This document shows, in pieces, positions 28,477 to 43,100 of a stretch of DNA of 64,000 bases; within the stretch, counting starts at the first letter, position 1, and each line of letters opens with the position of its first letter. A program made the position numbers and the translations under genes. Location of the stretch: assembly GCA_003344405.1 (NCBI GenBank), contig NOWV01000195.1, forward strand, positions 1 through 64,000, given 5' to 3'. The notes under the pieces are model-generated. The model worked only from the letters and a program-made list of their open reading frames with translations, searched no databases and was not told where the DNA came from. The stretch comes from Trichoplax sp. H2. Taxonomy: Eukaryota.

Positions 28477-30773
28477 TTTTCTCAACACTAGCTATACTGT
28501 CGTCAGCCTTGTATGTTAAAGCAAGAGCGATCAATATTCGATTTCGAATATCCGTCATAAATAGGCTTAAAGGAATATTGAAGTCAGGAAGAAATTGCGG
28601 GCAAGCATTGGCAAACAGGAACAGCAAGATCTAGCTAGTGCAGCTAGCGACGACAACCTTGAGAATTTGAGTAGATTGGATATCAGCCAAACTGAGTCTG
28701 CGCAACCGATGGCCTGGATTAGTGCCAAAGCTTTTAAGCTTTTAGTGAGGAATTTCCAGAAGAAATCCTTTCAGAAGTACTGTACTTGTACCTAGTTTTG
28801 GTGGGGGTTAACGTTGATATTATTGTTTTTATTGCCATATCAAACTGTCAGGGTGGATTCTAAGTCGTTGATTCCCGGCTAATAGATAAGATTTTGCTCG
28901 ATTGGATGTTACTGAGGCTGACATCAATCCGATTGAAGGATCGAACAGCTCATAATTGTGCATTTATCGTCACAGAAATGAGCCAAAGTTTGTTGATGCT
29001 GCTAGCCCATTAATGAACCGGGGACCACCGTATAACTACAGGATGCTTTACTTAATTACTAAATAATGTAATGTACATTGTGTTAAGGAGGTTACCGTAA
29101 ACTTAGTTATACGATTTTGTAACTGTAGAACGTTCCATTCCAATTATACAGTATACTTAATTATGAGGTTGTAACTTGATAGCGATCCATTCCGTTCATT
29201 CTGTAGTAGAAAGCCTGTTCTTTAATCGGGCAGTTTGCTATTGTCCCTGATAAAATTAAATATTTATTTTACAGGGTTTATGTTTGATCATACTATAGCC
29301 CGTATTCTCCAAAGATAATGTTATAATTACAAAACCTTGCACTGTACCTGGGACTAAATAGATAACCCCTCATTTACTGGCCCGTGATTGCACAATGTTT
29401 TGCAACAAAATGGCTTTAGGTTACGTTACAGTAGTAGTTCCATACCAGTTTGCAGGCTTTAGCTGATAAAATATGCTTCAAGTGCATACCTACTGAGTAG
29501 TTTGAAACATTGCAATGTGTGCTATAGCAATTCTATCAGTCTTATCATACTGCAGTATTCATATTAGGATTTTTATCACTAGACCCGACTACTTGCAGTT
29601 TTGCTTCTATATTACACTACTAAATGAATGCATTCATGAGCTCTACATTATTATGTACGCATAATGATACACAACTACAATAATCGTATCTTAAAAGGTA
29701 CTACATACGTACAAAGTAAATGTTACGCTATCTAAAGTTTCTTAGCATTATCAGGCATCGTATTGTATAAAAAAGTTAGGCAGTATTATCTTCTTTCTAA
29801 ACTAGATTGCATTTGCCACCAGTGTATGACTTTACTACAAGGGGAGAGCGATATGATAAGAAAACTGCCAATAAAGCAAACGAGCTATAATCAACTCATT
29901 TATTGTATCCAGTATGGTCTTGACTTGCCGCATAAGGCGTTAGCAACTAATTGAATTAATTTAATGGTATTTCTACTAACATTTTTGCTATTCCAGATTG
30001 AATTCGTTCCATTACACTGTAGATATTTTTCATCAATTCGGTAAAGGACGGTAGTGTTATCAATACTCCTAACTGCTAGTAATGACCTTTATACAGCAGG
30101 ACTATCTACCAGCTGATATATACTACCGTAGAAAACATTACATGCACATTGCATGGACTTGGCTCTGATTTGTTAATCTGCATGATACGCAAACTATACG
30201 TAGCAATCCAGCCCAAAACTTAACAGTAAACTTTTAAAAGTTGCTATGGCTATTTTAACCGGAGAGTTCATAAGCAAATTCGGCTAGTTTCTATCCGATA
30301 AAAATATTTTGCAATATCATCTCCTGCTTACTGTAAATCTATTATGAATTGATTTGTATATAGTATTTATGATGTTTACTATCATAAAAAATGGAGGTTA
30401 TTAACGTTTTATGATGAGAACTACAGAATTACAGTAAATCTCAATAGACGGTAGTATCGGCTTGGATACGAGGCACGTTATACATAATAGTAATCAGTCA
30501 GCACAGGCAATAATTACGATAACATCCTTGAAAAGAATTCAACGTAACTTTAATGTTTTGAGGTACCGTTATTATTTAGTGATAGTTTCGATTTACCATA
30601 TAAAGGATCACGGTCGTATAAATTGCATTGGTTATGTACAGTACAGTATAGTAATACTTCCGTGACGCTTACGCCATGGATTTGCATTGCAACCATCCAT
30701 CTGAAATCAAAACAGCTCATTAAATTCGATTCTCCAATCAAAATTGTTCCCATCGATAGAGTATCACGCGGGA

Positions 30774-33700
30774 TCACAGGCCGGCCACACTATCTACGCT
30801 TTGTGATCCAATTTTCGTTTCGTGAATAAATTCCAAAGTAATATCTCCACACCATTCATGGGTAATGCCTTTATGGCGAAGCATTGAACTAAGGCGAACA
30901 GAAGACTGGCTACAATGCAAATGGTAAATCAGTTACAAGTCATGCTTTAATGTACACTAGCATTATGGAGTAATGACCATGAAGTAAGCTAATTGCTAGA
31001 AATGCGCGATGATAAAGTCATCGATGAATGAGTCAGAATACCTAGAGTCGACTCGAAAGACATCAGCTGGAGTTAGAATATATGTATTTCGGAAGCTATT
31101 TTTAGGTAAAGACATGGCCGTTACGGAAATATTCATTATAGGTACTGAAACCTGTAGAGGTAAATAAGATCAAAACGGCAATTACCGTTATTGTATCGCA
31201 GGCGCAGAGCTGAATTTATCGCAAAGTATTTCTAAGATGGACAAAATTAGGTTGTTCTAGATACTGTAATGTTTTGAAAGCTGCGCTTACGTAGCCAATC
31301 ATCAAATCAAAAGTTGACTTTTCCTCTAAACGATACCAAACTGAGGCATTTAAATATCTATGGTCCTTCTCAACTGAAAGGTGAAACTGCTCATTCCAGA
31401 TCGGATCCTAATAAGTTATCAAAGCATAAATCGTAATTAAAGGTAGTACAGAATTGACCTCTACACATAAGAAATGATGTCATTAATTAATCAATACTCT
31501 TACAGGTAGTACAACGTGAGACATTATAGCACAAAACTTCGCGATTTTGATTAATATATCTTACACAAGTTGTAGTAATTTCTGTGGTTCTACTAGTGCT
31601 CTCTCCCCCAAGGTCGTCAGCAACATTCACCACGGTATCCTCTTCATTGTCAGTACCGTCGTATAGTATCCAATCTATGTAATTACAGGAAGTTAATAAT
31701 TAGAAGCCTTGTAGGCTTGGACAGACTGTCGACGAGATTAGATTGTTACAGATCTTATATGATAATAGCAGAACCTTTCCCTGGGTGAGTGTTATCTTCA
31801 AGTACACCAAATTCACTATTTGAAACAGCAGCGGCTAATTTAGCAGAGTCTCTTTCTACAGTGCTTTCTCCTGGAACCTCAGAGGTTGCATCATGTAATT
31901 GGTGAGATCCCATTGGCTTAATTTGCTTCCGTTGAATTTTTAAGTTAAACCTGAAACCAAAATGTTCATAAACGTAAATAATAAAATGCAGAACATATAC
32001 TCATACGCATTTATACAGCATAGCAGCCATTACGGCTAACCTGTTCTTGCCCTTGATTTGCTTTACCACTTCTTTTAATGAAGAAAGGGCTTGGTTATCG
32101 ACAGCAATAATTACATCGTCCTAAAGATTGTTTAGTTAGCTAAAATTCATAGATGATAATTTTGATAATTTCTTGATCTACTAGGTACCCTTTTCAAATT
32201 TGCACGATCAGCTGGTGAATTCGGGATAACTGATTCAATTATAACAATCTCAGCTTTCTGACCAGAACGTGAACTTCTTCTCATATCAAAACACTGTAAT
32301 GAGGTAATTTCAGCTAATATATATCCAACGTGCCAACTAGCTATATTATTTGTTTGCAGTTAGAATATACATGACGTACCTGTTTGAAGGTGACTCCAAA
32401 AGGCGATGTTTCGTCTTTTTCAACTACAATATCGTGAGTTACCCAATAACCATACGGGAGTCCAACTTTGCCACTCATAGCACAAAATCCTGCGGAATGT
32501 ATGTAGGATATTTCGCATAAAAATATAATCATTTGGCCGGTTTAACAGCAACGTAATAAGTGTTTACGCAACGAAATTTTCTAACATATCACCTAATGAT
32601 AATACACAATAAACCGATGTCGCTTTTACTGCTCGAGATAGACGAGAGCAGCTCACCACTTTCACTGATAATTGCCCGCAAGACAATTTATTGTTGTGTA
32701 TGTATACCTGTGTATATAGCAGTACACATAATCGATTATATGTTACGAAAAATCTCCTACATTTAGCCTACAAATATAGTTCGGTCTTGCAACTTTACTC
32801 ACGTCTTGACGGTCATCCTATAATTTGTTTTTGTTATCGAAACGTAAGTGAATTTACAATAATGACTAATTGCTCATGAAGTTGAAATTTTTGATCATAC
32901 ATATGATATACTATGCATGTGATTTTCAAAACTTTTCCTTACCTCGTTATCTAGTCTTGGTATAAACGGCTTCATACTAAAAATAATTAAATTCATTATT
33001 ATGAACTGTAAAGAAGAATTCGCAATAATTTTGGGAAGGCCGTGGGATTATTTAATCGTATACTTGATTGTTGAAGATAATACATACCGAGGTACAGCAT
33101 TGGGTAAAGTATGTTTCTTCCTTAAGGATCTTCTCAACTATCAATATTAACAATCTAAATTTAGTTTCCATCCAAGTTTGCATTAAGTCTGATACAAATG
33201 CAACAGATAAAACCATTACTTGGTTGGTTATAAGCGAAGCTAATTGTGGAAGTTTTCTCCCTTCAAATAATGTTTGAGCTTGAAATTGTATCTCAGGCTC
33301 CTAGGCATGAGTAAAAACGATTATATTTGAAGATTCGGAATATTTGGCGGCTGATTATAAGTAGGATAGGTTAAACACCAGCATACTTTGTAAAAGAAAA
33401 AAGACCAATGAGAGAATGGATGTCGAGTCAATTTTAAGCCAACTTTTCCTTTTAAGCTAACAACTTTAACGGAAACGTATGCGGATTTTCCAAAGATCTA
33501 AATGACAATATTAAGACAGTTAATAATCTCTGCTAAAGAAATCTAAAGATTGTACGAAGAACGGTCCAATTGTTTGCATTCTCACCAGATCGACATCAAT
33601 TGCTAATTGGAATCCACCACTAACACGGACGAGTTACATTGGTATTACAGTGTTAATTAAGTTAAAAAGAAAGAGTCAACGCCCATTTGCATCATACTAC

Positions 33701-35436
33701 AATGTTTCAATTTTATCTGTATATCGTTTAATGTACGACTCTGGTTATACCTATAACTAATGTCGAGAGCGAAATCAATTTCCTAGATGGTAATCGTAAA
33801 TAAAAACCTAATAAGACATTATTTTTGTGGAGAGAAGTGAATATAGTATACGGCTTCAGGCCATAGTAAATTGATAATCATGGACATGCTTACCTCTGGT
33901 ACTTTGCTGGTATTGTTGTCCTTCGAGCTTGTTCTAACGATAGAAATCTTTTTGATGATCGGTAGTGAACTTCCTAATGAATAACCATTAATCTAAGCAT
34001 AGAAAAATAGAACACTTATCAAGAATTCATATAGCAACCTAATCTGACGATAATACATTAATAAAGCTGGAGGCTGCTGTAAGAATTTATGCGGTACGTA
34101 TACGATTAATAGAATTTTAATAATTATATTACTTTCTATCAATTTTGAAAGTAAAAATGAACTTAACTTTCAAAGTAAGATGAACACATATGAATTTATC
34201 AACCATAATCTAAGTGATAACCAAATTGTTTCAACGTGACATACCGTGATACCAGTAATAATTTTTCCAGCCGTAGTTCGTAGCAAATCCTCGAATTCTC
34301 CGTGGATTTTCTTTAAAAATATTCTACGGTATAAATATAAGTATTAATAAGCTATTTGAAAATTTACAATTACACGTCACATCATACTGCATCACTACAG
34401 CACTACAGGCATTACGTTTTAAGCAGTCATTGGCCGTCATAGAATACCTGCATCATCCTCCCGTACAATAAAGAGCGCCTTAAAACAAAATATCTGACCT
34501 TCTAACAGCATCATTATCCTTCCATTCTCGGAATAGATAAGCCATAAACATATTAAACCAGCTACATGTTTCTGATTCAGGCCTGCTGTCTGCTTCGAGT
34601 ATTTTAAGCAAATTCTAAATTATTGGATATACGCAAAACAGAAGAAATCATTAACACCTATTTTCCAATAACAGCAACATTATGAGCTGATAATTAATTG
34701 ATAAAATTTAAATACTGTACACTATATATATATATTTATATATAGGGTATACATACTCGTACACATGTACGGTATTTGTAATATGATGTTGAATAAGATG
34801 TCTATATGTTAAGTAAACTTCAATCGTAGCCCTCACCTGCTTCATATTTGCCATTATACTATAATATCAAGGATCATTTCTTTAGTATTGAAATGCTATA
34901 TAGCATATGTAGGTGCTTACGTATAATTTTAGTCCTCTTTTCCGGACCGTGATCAATGATTATATTAGCTACTAATGTATAACAATGCTAAAAGGCGGAA
35001 AATGGTCCTGAAACATAGTACTTCTTGGACGTTATACATTGACTAATTCCAGTACCGTTGATTGATACAAAATTGCTGCACAAGGTACTGATAGTCAGAC
35101 TTGATTTAAATGTATTATCGGTAACTGATAATAGTAAACATAACTATTTTTATTCTTTAGATCATCGTTAAAACTGATGATGCTGTGACTAATCAACTAA
35201 TTAACTGAAGAATGAAGTGTTGCTAATCATTAACTACAATAGCAGCTAGTAGAGAACTATCTTGACGGATTATAATTATTTGATAATACCTTATCTAGTT
35301 CTACCGCTGCCCAATCATTCGATTTATCAGCATTAACTTTCGGTAAAGACCAAAAACTCTTGTAATAAATGTAACATTGCAGGAAGATGGTTGTTACAAC
35401 ACCGGTAAGAAAACTTGTAATGATTATAGTTATCAT
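30774..35436 (-). CDS. PDZD8: PDZD8 homologue (N-terminal TM, SMP lipid-transfer domain, PDZ, split C2), many small exons
   Basis: Exon 35436-35290 encodes the TM anchor MITIIITSFLTGVVTTIFLQCY. SMP exons: ETCSWFNMFMAYLFREWKD, KKIHGEFEDLLRTTAGKII, GGFQLAIDVDL, IFGKSAYVSVKVVSLKGKVGLKLTRHPFSHWSF, LRRSLRKKHTLPN. PDZ: FGVTFKQ...VIIESVIPNSPADRANLKRDDVIIAVD. C2: RTTEITTTCDPIWNEQF and HKGITHEWCGDITLEF, followed by TGA at 30776-30774. The 3' end is tentative. Confidence 0.88.
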
Positions 35437-36190
35437 GCGTGCAAAATACGAGCCCAGTGATTAATACACGTAGTATACAACAGCAGTGGATGATGAACGG
35501 CCAATTTTGCTGGAACAGGTGAAATGTGATGCTTAATGGGTTAGTTACTTTATTTTTAATCCCGTAATCAACGTACTGATGTCGTATTAGAAAGATATTT
35601 GAATCATCGCTGCTTGAATTAGAAATTGATCTTGTTGAAGTTTGCAATTGCATGCATCCGTAGTCACATCGAGCAGGATTAATTGACTGTAATTGAGTTG
35701 ATTTTATGCCACTATTGGAAGAGTACTTGAGATTAGGAATGGAATGTTATACGCTCTCCTCCTCGTTTGAGCGTCCAAAATACAGTACTTTAGGATACAA
35801 TCGAGTAAATAGGAAATTTTTCAGCTTCAAGAGTGACTATCGAGTAGTGTTCCGAATGAAGATGGATAAGATGGGCTTAATATTCTCTCAGCTAGGAGAT
35901 TACAGTAAGTTGAGATTTCCCAATCCAATGTCTCAAACGCTACTTGCCCAACACTACGTCATCGAAACCCATACAGTTGCAGCTTGTGAAGACTACTGAC
36001 TGCGTCATAGTATCGTTGGAGTGATCGGACCACTACTAGAATACCTGGACTGGACAGTGGACATTGGACATTCTTTTGAACGGACAGACATTCGGACTCA
36101 TTCGGTCATCAAATTGTGTTAACCACTTCGTTATGGCGGTTCTGCAGAGAGTCGACTCTGAATTGACTGATTTTTACTAAATTAGGTAAC

Positions 36191-37195
36191 ATGTTATATT
36201 TCATTGCCTGTTGCTAAGCTCTGCCTGGAAGCAATAAATTTAGATCATAAATGTTTTGCAGATTAATACGAGTGATTTCGAAAAGAGCCACGGAAGATCC
36301 ATACTGAGTAATAATTTTCGACATTTTCGGCCTCAATTAATATGAAAAGTCCGTCCATCCGAGGAGTGTCTAGTCGTCCGGACTACAGTGTACTGTATTT
36401 CTGCCGTGGTCCACGATTGTACAGTACAGTGTACTGTACAGTGTACAGTAATAGAAGATGACGTACTGTACACTGTAAAGGACACGATTCGAGAACTCGA
36501 GGTGGCTGCTCGCCATTAACGGAAATCGCTAGCTTCAAGACTTATGCGCATATTATTTTTTATAGATATACCGATATATATTTCATTTTAATTTCAACGA
36601 TAGCAGATTAGATGGCATCATATCATTCTAAGATACTANNNNNNNNNNNNNNNNNNNNATGTTATATTTCATTGCCTGTTGCTAAGCTCTGCCTGGAAGC
36701 AATAAATTTAGATCATAAATGTTTTGCAGATTAATACGAGTGATTTCGAAAAGAGACACGGAAGATCCATACTGAGTAATAATTTTTCGATATTTTCGGC
36801 CTCAATTAATATGAAAAGTCCGTCCGTCCGAGGAGTGTCTAGTCGTCCTGACTATAGTGTACAGTACTGTACACTGTACTGTACAGTACAGTACTGTATT
36901 TCTGCCGTGGTCTACGATTGTACTGTACACTTATGTACAGTACACTACAATGTACAGTACAGTGTGTGTACAGTACTGTACAGTACTGTACAGCGTACAG
37001 TACAGTAATAGAAGATGACGTACTGTACACTGTAAATGACACGATTCGAGAACTCGAGGTGTCTGCTCGCCATTAACGGAAATCGCTAGCTTCAAGACTT
37101 ATGCGCATATTATTTTTTATAGATATACCGATATATATTTCATTTTAATTTCAACGATAGCAGATTAGATGGCATCATATCATTCTAAGATACTA
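36191..37195. repeat. Direct duplication (36191-36638 vs 36659-37195) around a 20-N gap; probably two uncollapsed alleles
   Basis: The copies are near-identical and abut the N run at 36639-36658. They differ mainly in the length of their ACAGT/ACTGT tracts. Confidence 0.85.
36853..37034. repeat. ACAGT/ACTGT strand-symmetric micro-repeat tract
   Basis: Runs such as gtacagtactgtacactgtactgtacagtacagtactgta. Shorter tracts occur at 36384-36476, 49538-49573 and 61119-61168. Confidence 0.85.
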
Positions 37196-40100
37196 ATCGA
37201 ATCCCACTCATCATACTTCGCGTACTCTATATACTTGTTATTCTTACTTGTTATTAATTCATTATCACTGCACTCTTTCATACTGGGTAAATAGATGAAC
37301 GCACAATAAGACAGTCGTTGTTGGATAGTTTTTCAATACTTGGGTAGAATTAATTTAGAGGATATCAGCTGCAACGAGGATGTAATCCAACATCGAGTTA
37401 TCTATAGAGAATTATTATTTTCCCTTGGTTGGCTTTTGATTCAATGGTTATACATGATCGCACTCGGCAAAAGAGTAATTCACGTAGTACTACAGTAGCT
37501 GTTTCCACTTTCACCCAGCTGCCGATAGGGTCTTAGTAACTGTAAAAACATCAAATATACAATGTTTGGTAGCTTAGCGATATCATCAAGTTAATCAACG
37601 TCAACATGCTATGAACAATTACCGTCCACTATCTCATTTCTTGGAAAGTCATTCTATTTTTCATCCTATTAACAATCATATCACTTTTTATTGTGGAACT
37701 TATTGTAATGCAAGTAAATTTCTAGTAACAATGAATTATATTTGAATTCGATTCTTTGTCGCAAATATCGGATACGGATGTGATGATTTTCTAGAATTCA
37801 TATAAAGCTGGTAAACGTTGGTTTAGGAATTGACAATAACAATCCATTATGATCGCATTATGCTTCTTTCCAAGCATTGAATAAATAATCGTACGTAATA
37901 TTTGTTTTTATGCTCTTTAAGAACTGCAAATTTTCAGAATTGGATTCAATCAAGGGACGTTTGTGAGGCATATTTTTTAAAATTTTATTTGTAGCATAAA
38001 GATACAATACCGCTGCTTAAGCATTGACGAAATTGACTTTTAATAATTTACAATAAGCCCTTAATCAATAGTAAATAGCTCCTGTGGTTAAAAGTTAATT
38101 AAAACTTAATGGATTAATATAATGACAAAGTTGCGCTAGACGTGTCTTACATAGGGATGGGTCAATGATAATTTAGATTACTGGACTAGCACATAGTCAA
38201 AGATCAAGCCTTATAGAAAAAATTTTCCGCCAATAACATATTCGATAGAAAATACCCAATAAAACGTAGCAAGCTACAGTTTGAGTAAATATCTGAGAAC
38301 TGGTTTGGTTTTCACTATAGGAACGGAAATTTAAAATGAAATACATATGTATCATGAGGTCTTTGATTGAGACAACTTTAGCTGCAATAGTGAATTTTTA
38401 CCGTAATTTGGGCCACATGAAATTGTAAAGCTGCAACTTGAATCTATTCAAACTCGAAAGTAATATGGTTAAATTCATCGAGAACTTTTTATCAGTTGGA
38501 TTCATATTAATGGATACCAAATTTGCTTGTGTCCTTCCGCGGTACAATATAGTTTCCTAAGATTCTTCATATTAAAATCATAAGCACTGACGCAACGATG
38601 GATGCCATCTAATGACAACTTGTCTATTATTTCTTATCATTTGATAACTCCATCCGATATATACAAGAAGAATAGACGTTTTTATTAGTTCACTTTATTG
38701 TGCGATAATTACGCACACTATGAAATTTTATTGTATTTTGCTTCCCTAATAATATACTTACAGATGATGCACGTATTAGATAAAAATGTAATCATATTAA
38801 TTTATAGAACAATTCCGAATTAATCTTGTCTTTAATTGATTAACTCTATACAAAAATTTAAGTAGAGAAAATTAGTTTGAAAACGGATATGTAATAGCTT
38901 GACTGCTATTACTTCGGGTATACAATATGAGCGATGCAAGTGTTCTCATTCATCATATTATTCACTGTCCATAAATAATTGATTTTATGACTGTGCAATG
39001 TATAAAAATCTATAGTATATAATTTTTGCTTCATGAACTAAATTAAAATAAAGCTATATCTCTCTCATAAACTGGTTTTGCTCCAAGAGCGTTTATTGTC
39101 ACAAATTTGCTTCTAAATAATCTCGTTTTTGAAAAAATACCAAATTATTAAAATTAAGCGATTAGTTAGCAGTTCCTTGCTAATTGTCTTCATTCATAAT
39201 TTTAAAGAGGACATACATAACTATATTGGTATATCAGAGCTACCTGAGGTACTGTAAAGAAATGGAATTATATGCGGTATATACAGAAATGGCGATGACG
39301 CTGGACTTGCAAATGATAATATCATTAATAAATTTCTGAAATTTTAATTATCATAGCTTGATAACCTGATTATGAATTCATTTAATTAAGTGGAGGATAT
39401 AAAATACGCTCAATATTAAACTGTACGAGATACGACTTAGATTATAATTTATCATTTCCTGATAAATATTTGTTGCTACCTAATTTACAATCAAATCATC
39501 TCTCAACTTCTATCTTAAATGAAAATTATAAGCTTTTACAGTATATTGTAGTTACAATGTCGATTAAGATTATTACTAATTTATAAGAGCAGTAGGTGCT
39601 TATATAACTTAGCTATAAGTTTATACAGTATATAGTTAGATTCCAATAAATATTTTAAAAAAATTTTAAGTGTAGAATATTAAACAGGATGCCATTGTAA
39701 AAGGCCCAACGCCGGTGCATCGCAAGCTATTCAACTTAAGATAGATTTCCTATAAACTATTAACCTTGTTATTGAAGTCTATGTCGTACAGGAAAACTTA
39801 CTTAAAAATTTTCTTTTCTTCTCAAGTTTTTTAGATAAAATTCTACGCATTATAAGATTTCAGCACAATTACAACGATCTCTAGCATGATCATTCGTAAA
39901 TTTGAATGATAATTTCTTAGAATATCTATTTCAAAGCCAGATTACTTAAAGTTATAGAGAAGGTTTCATAGTTTATAATTAGTAAATTATGAAGATTTTC
40001 ATTCTTATCAAAATCATGCCTTAATGGCTTACATGAAAGATTAAAACTAATTTCAAAAGTTAAAGCTTTTCATTAATTCTTCACAATTATTAATTGAAGT

Positions 40101-43100
40101 ATGCGCTTAATACTTTATGTACACGAGATTACTTAGTATGATGCTTGATTTTTTTGTCAATAAACGATCTTAAAAGTCTAATAAAGAGTTGCTATTTCTC
40201 GCCTTAAGCATTAATTTTGATAGGTCTATTCGTTTAGCTTAAATGGAAGAAATATTATTAAATTTAAGGTTGAGCTCTATTGAATAAATACATGTCAGAA
40301 AGGTTATTTACTATTAGAAACTTATGTTGTCAAATCTAATTCCAATCATTCTAAAAAAGCAATTCTACATTACGACCTTTTAGTATTTTCTCTCTCAATG
40401 TTTTTCATGACGTCATTATACAATGACATCTTTTAAATAACAAACAAAATTAAAAGCCGTTTTCTTTCAATTTTATGTTCTTGTTTTTAATGTCATGGTT
40501 AAATTACGTAAGTAGAATATCTGGCGTATCTTGTATTCAATTATATTTACATGTAATAGTGATCACAATGTATTCGCACTAACTAATTGAAATTTATATA
40601 ATGAACTATATTATACTAAATAGGACGTAGTGCTCAATTTGACCATTAATTATGGTGATATGAATTTTGTGCTTAATTAGTATTCACATAAATTATGTAA
40701 TTATTATGTGCTATGATATGTTACCATGGAAGTAGGCCTCTTGTCCAAAACAGTGAGATCCCTGCACTACGGTAGAAAAAAATCACAATAATGGAAGGGT
40801 CAAAATCTCTTACAGTAAAGCTATCCTAATATATTATAGTCGTTCTAATAATTAATTTCTAATAACATCTATTATTGTGATCATCAAGACCGATAGCTTT
40901 ATTTCTGACATTGTGATTGTGATATAGTATTCTGGTTCAGCAGTTAGGCTTAGTCTTTTATCTACGTACAAAAAGAAAATTATACATTCCTTTTGCTAGA
41001 ATTATCGTGATCTGGCTATGTGTATGCAATATAAGGAATATACGTGTAGCATATAATATCTTGACTAAGATATTAGTATAAAGGTTGTAATGGATATTAA
41101 TAATCGCACGGAGGAATATAGAATTGAAATTACCATCAGAAATGTATATTTATTAATTTATTTATGCTACTTAATTATCGCATACTTTAATTGAGTTAGT
41201 CAACCATAGGAAAATCATAACTTAATCGTTTTCTATAATGAAACAATTGTAAATCAATTTCATCCTGTGTTTGTTTATTATAAACCATTTCGAAGAATTA
41301 GTTGACGATAAAATTTCACGTACTGTTATGTTGATAATATCAAGTGTTTACTATTAAACATACAGTATTAGAATAATGGACATAAAATAATACAAGTATT
41401 CATGATATAACTTAAAAATTGAATTAAGCAAAGCAAAACAGTCAAAAACATTAGCACTAAGAGAATTGGAGAAACACTGAAGATTTCTATAAAATTAGCA
41501 AGTAAATGCAGAATAAAAGATATAGCTTGTTTTCAAATTCCTCACTCACTACCGGTATGGATCTTTAATTCTCATATGATTTCGTGTTTAAGCATCTTCT
41601 TATCATTAATGTAACAATGCAGAATAGGTCAGAGAGATTACTGTAATGTTGTTGTTTGTAAATATAAATTTTAGTTATTAGAGTCCATTCTAGTATAGCC
41701 CAGCTATATCACCAACCGTGATTATTAGAAAACTCAAATGAAGCATATATTTTTAAGCGAACATTGTTTATAAAATGTATAGCAACTTTCGAAAGTGCTA
41801 GTATGAAAGCGACTTTTCTTTAATAATAGTTTTATAGCGGCGTAATTAAACTTTGTAGTATGATAATCCTGAATTCAAATTGGAAATTTCTAAAGTATAA
41901 GATCTTTATACAAGGGTTCTTACCTATTACATAACTAATGGATATCACTCTAGTTGTTAATAATTTCAACCTGTGTATTTATTATGTTATTCTACCATTA
42001 AATCTACTTTTTACCAATTCGAAACACTAAAGTATTATTACATATAAATAATAAATGCAGAAGTACGATGGTTTCAGATCTCCATTTCGGATATTTTTGT
42101 AAATTCTTATTATGATACCGTACAAAGGTACGAAATTCTTGTTTTTGGTATTTGCTTAATTAAATAATGCATCAAAGTTATCTTATTATTCGTTTCAAAT
42201 ACTGATTTCGGCAATATCACTTAAAGATGTAGTTACCATGAATTTTCCCTTGATTTCTACGCTAGCTAATATAACTATATAATTTTAATACATAAAATTT
42301 AATTTTTATCATCTTAAACATAAATTACTTCGAATATGAATAATGCTCGAAGATAACTTGTGGACATGCGAATAGAAGATGTTTTAGAAAAGGTTTTTTT
42401 ATCGATGCCAAGCTACTCAAAAGCGTACCATAATTGCATTTTGTATGCATTGATGACAGTTTATCAATTATCATGCTTTGATGCACATTCTTATGATTAC
42501 TGTGAACTTGTTTCATGATTCAATGCAAATTAGTATTAAATTGATAATTATGTAGGTAAATAGTGAAATGGGTTACTACAGTCTGTTAGCTTATGAAAAT
42601 TGAATTCATAGTTGCTATCTAGAAAAGGATAATATTACTTTCACTGCTTCTTGATTGCCAATCTTCAGTACTGAGATATGCCGAGGAATATGAACTACAG
42701 TCACCTAATTACTATTTCCTTTTTAAACAGGCAGATATTTAGTGGTAAATGGTAATTGATATCGAGCATACATGGATACCAGAGTTGACGCAATATTTCT
42801 ATTATTTTCTTTAATGATCTCCTGCGTTAATCAACGTTTACTGAAAAACAGTAATTAAATTAGTTATACAGTATAGAAGGCACAAATGGCGCCGCGCCGT
42901 ATTGCCGGTGTATGACGCCGATATAAACAATAATTACACCGCGTAGAAAAGTCTACTATGCCATTGTAGCTTTAAAAACATACATTTATTTGTTTTGTAT
43001 GGTTTAGTTAATGCAATTCTAGATATCGGTATATCTGATTAATTTCTTCCTGATATCTATTGTATATTTGATCGGGGTTAATAAATAATTCCTAGACCAT

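Noticed and set aside
31561..31563. Apparent PDZD8 stop codon
   Set aside because: The correct frame reads TTTC into a GTAAG donor and continues to the DPIWNEQF C2 exon.
36724..37042. ORFs rich in VQYCT/YSTV
   Set aside because: These are translations of the ACAGT/ACTGT micro-repeat.
36191..37195. True tandem segmental duplication
   Set aside because: The copies abut a fixed 20-N gap, as does the 49-kb pair, which is typical of uncollapsed heterozygous contig ends.
38402..38556. Possible minus-strand pseudo-exon with AG/GT ends
   Set aside because: A protein-like reading needs both a frameshift and a stop, and I recognise no homology.
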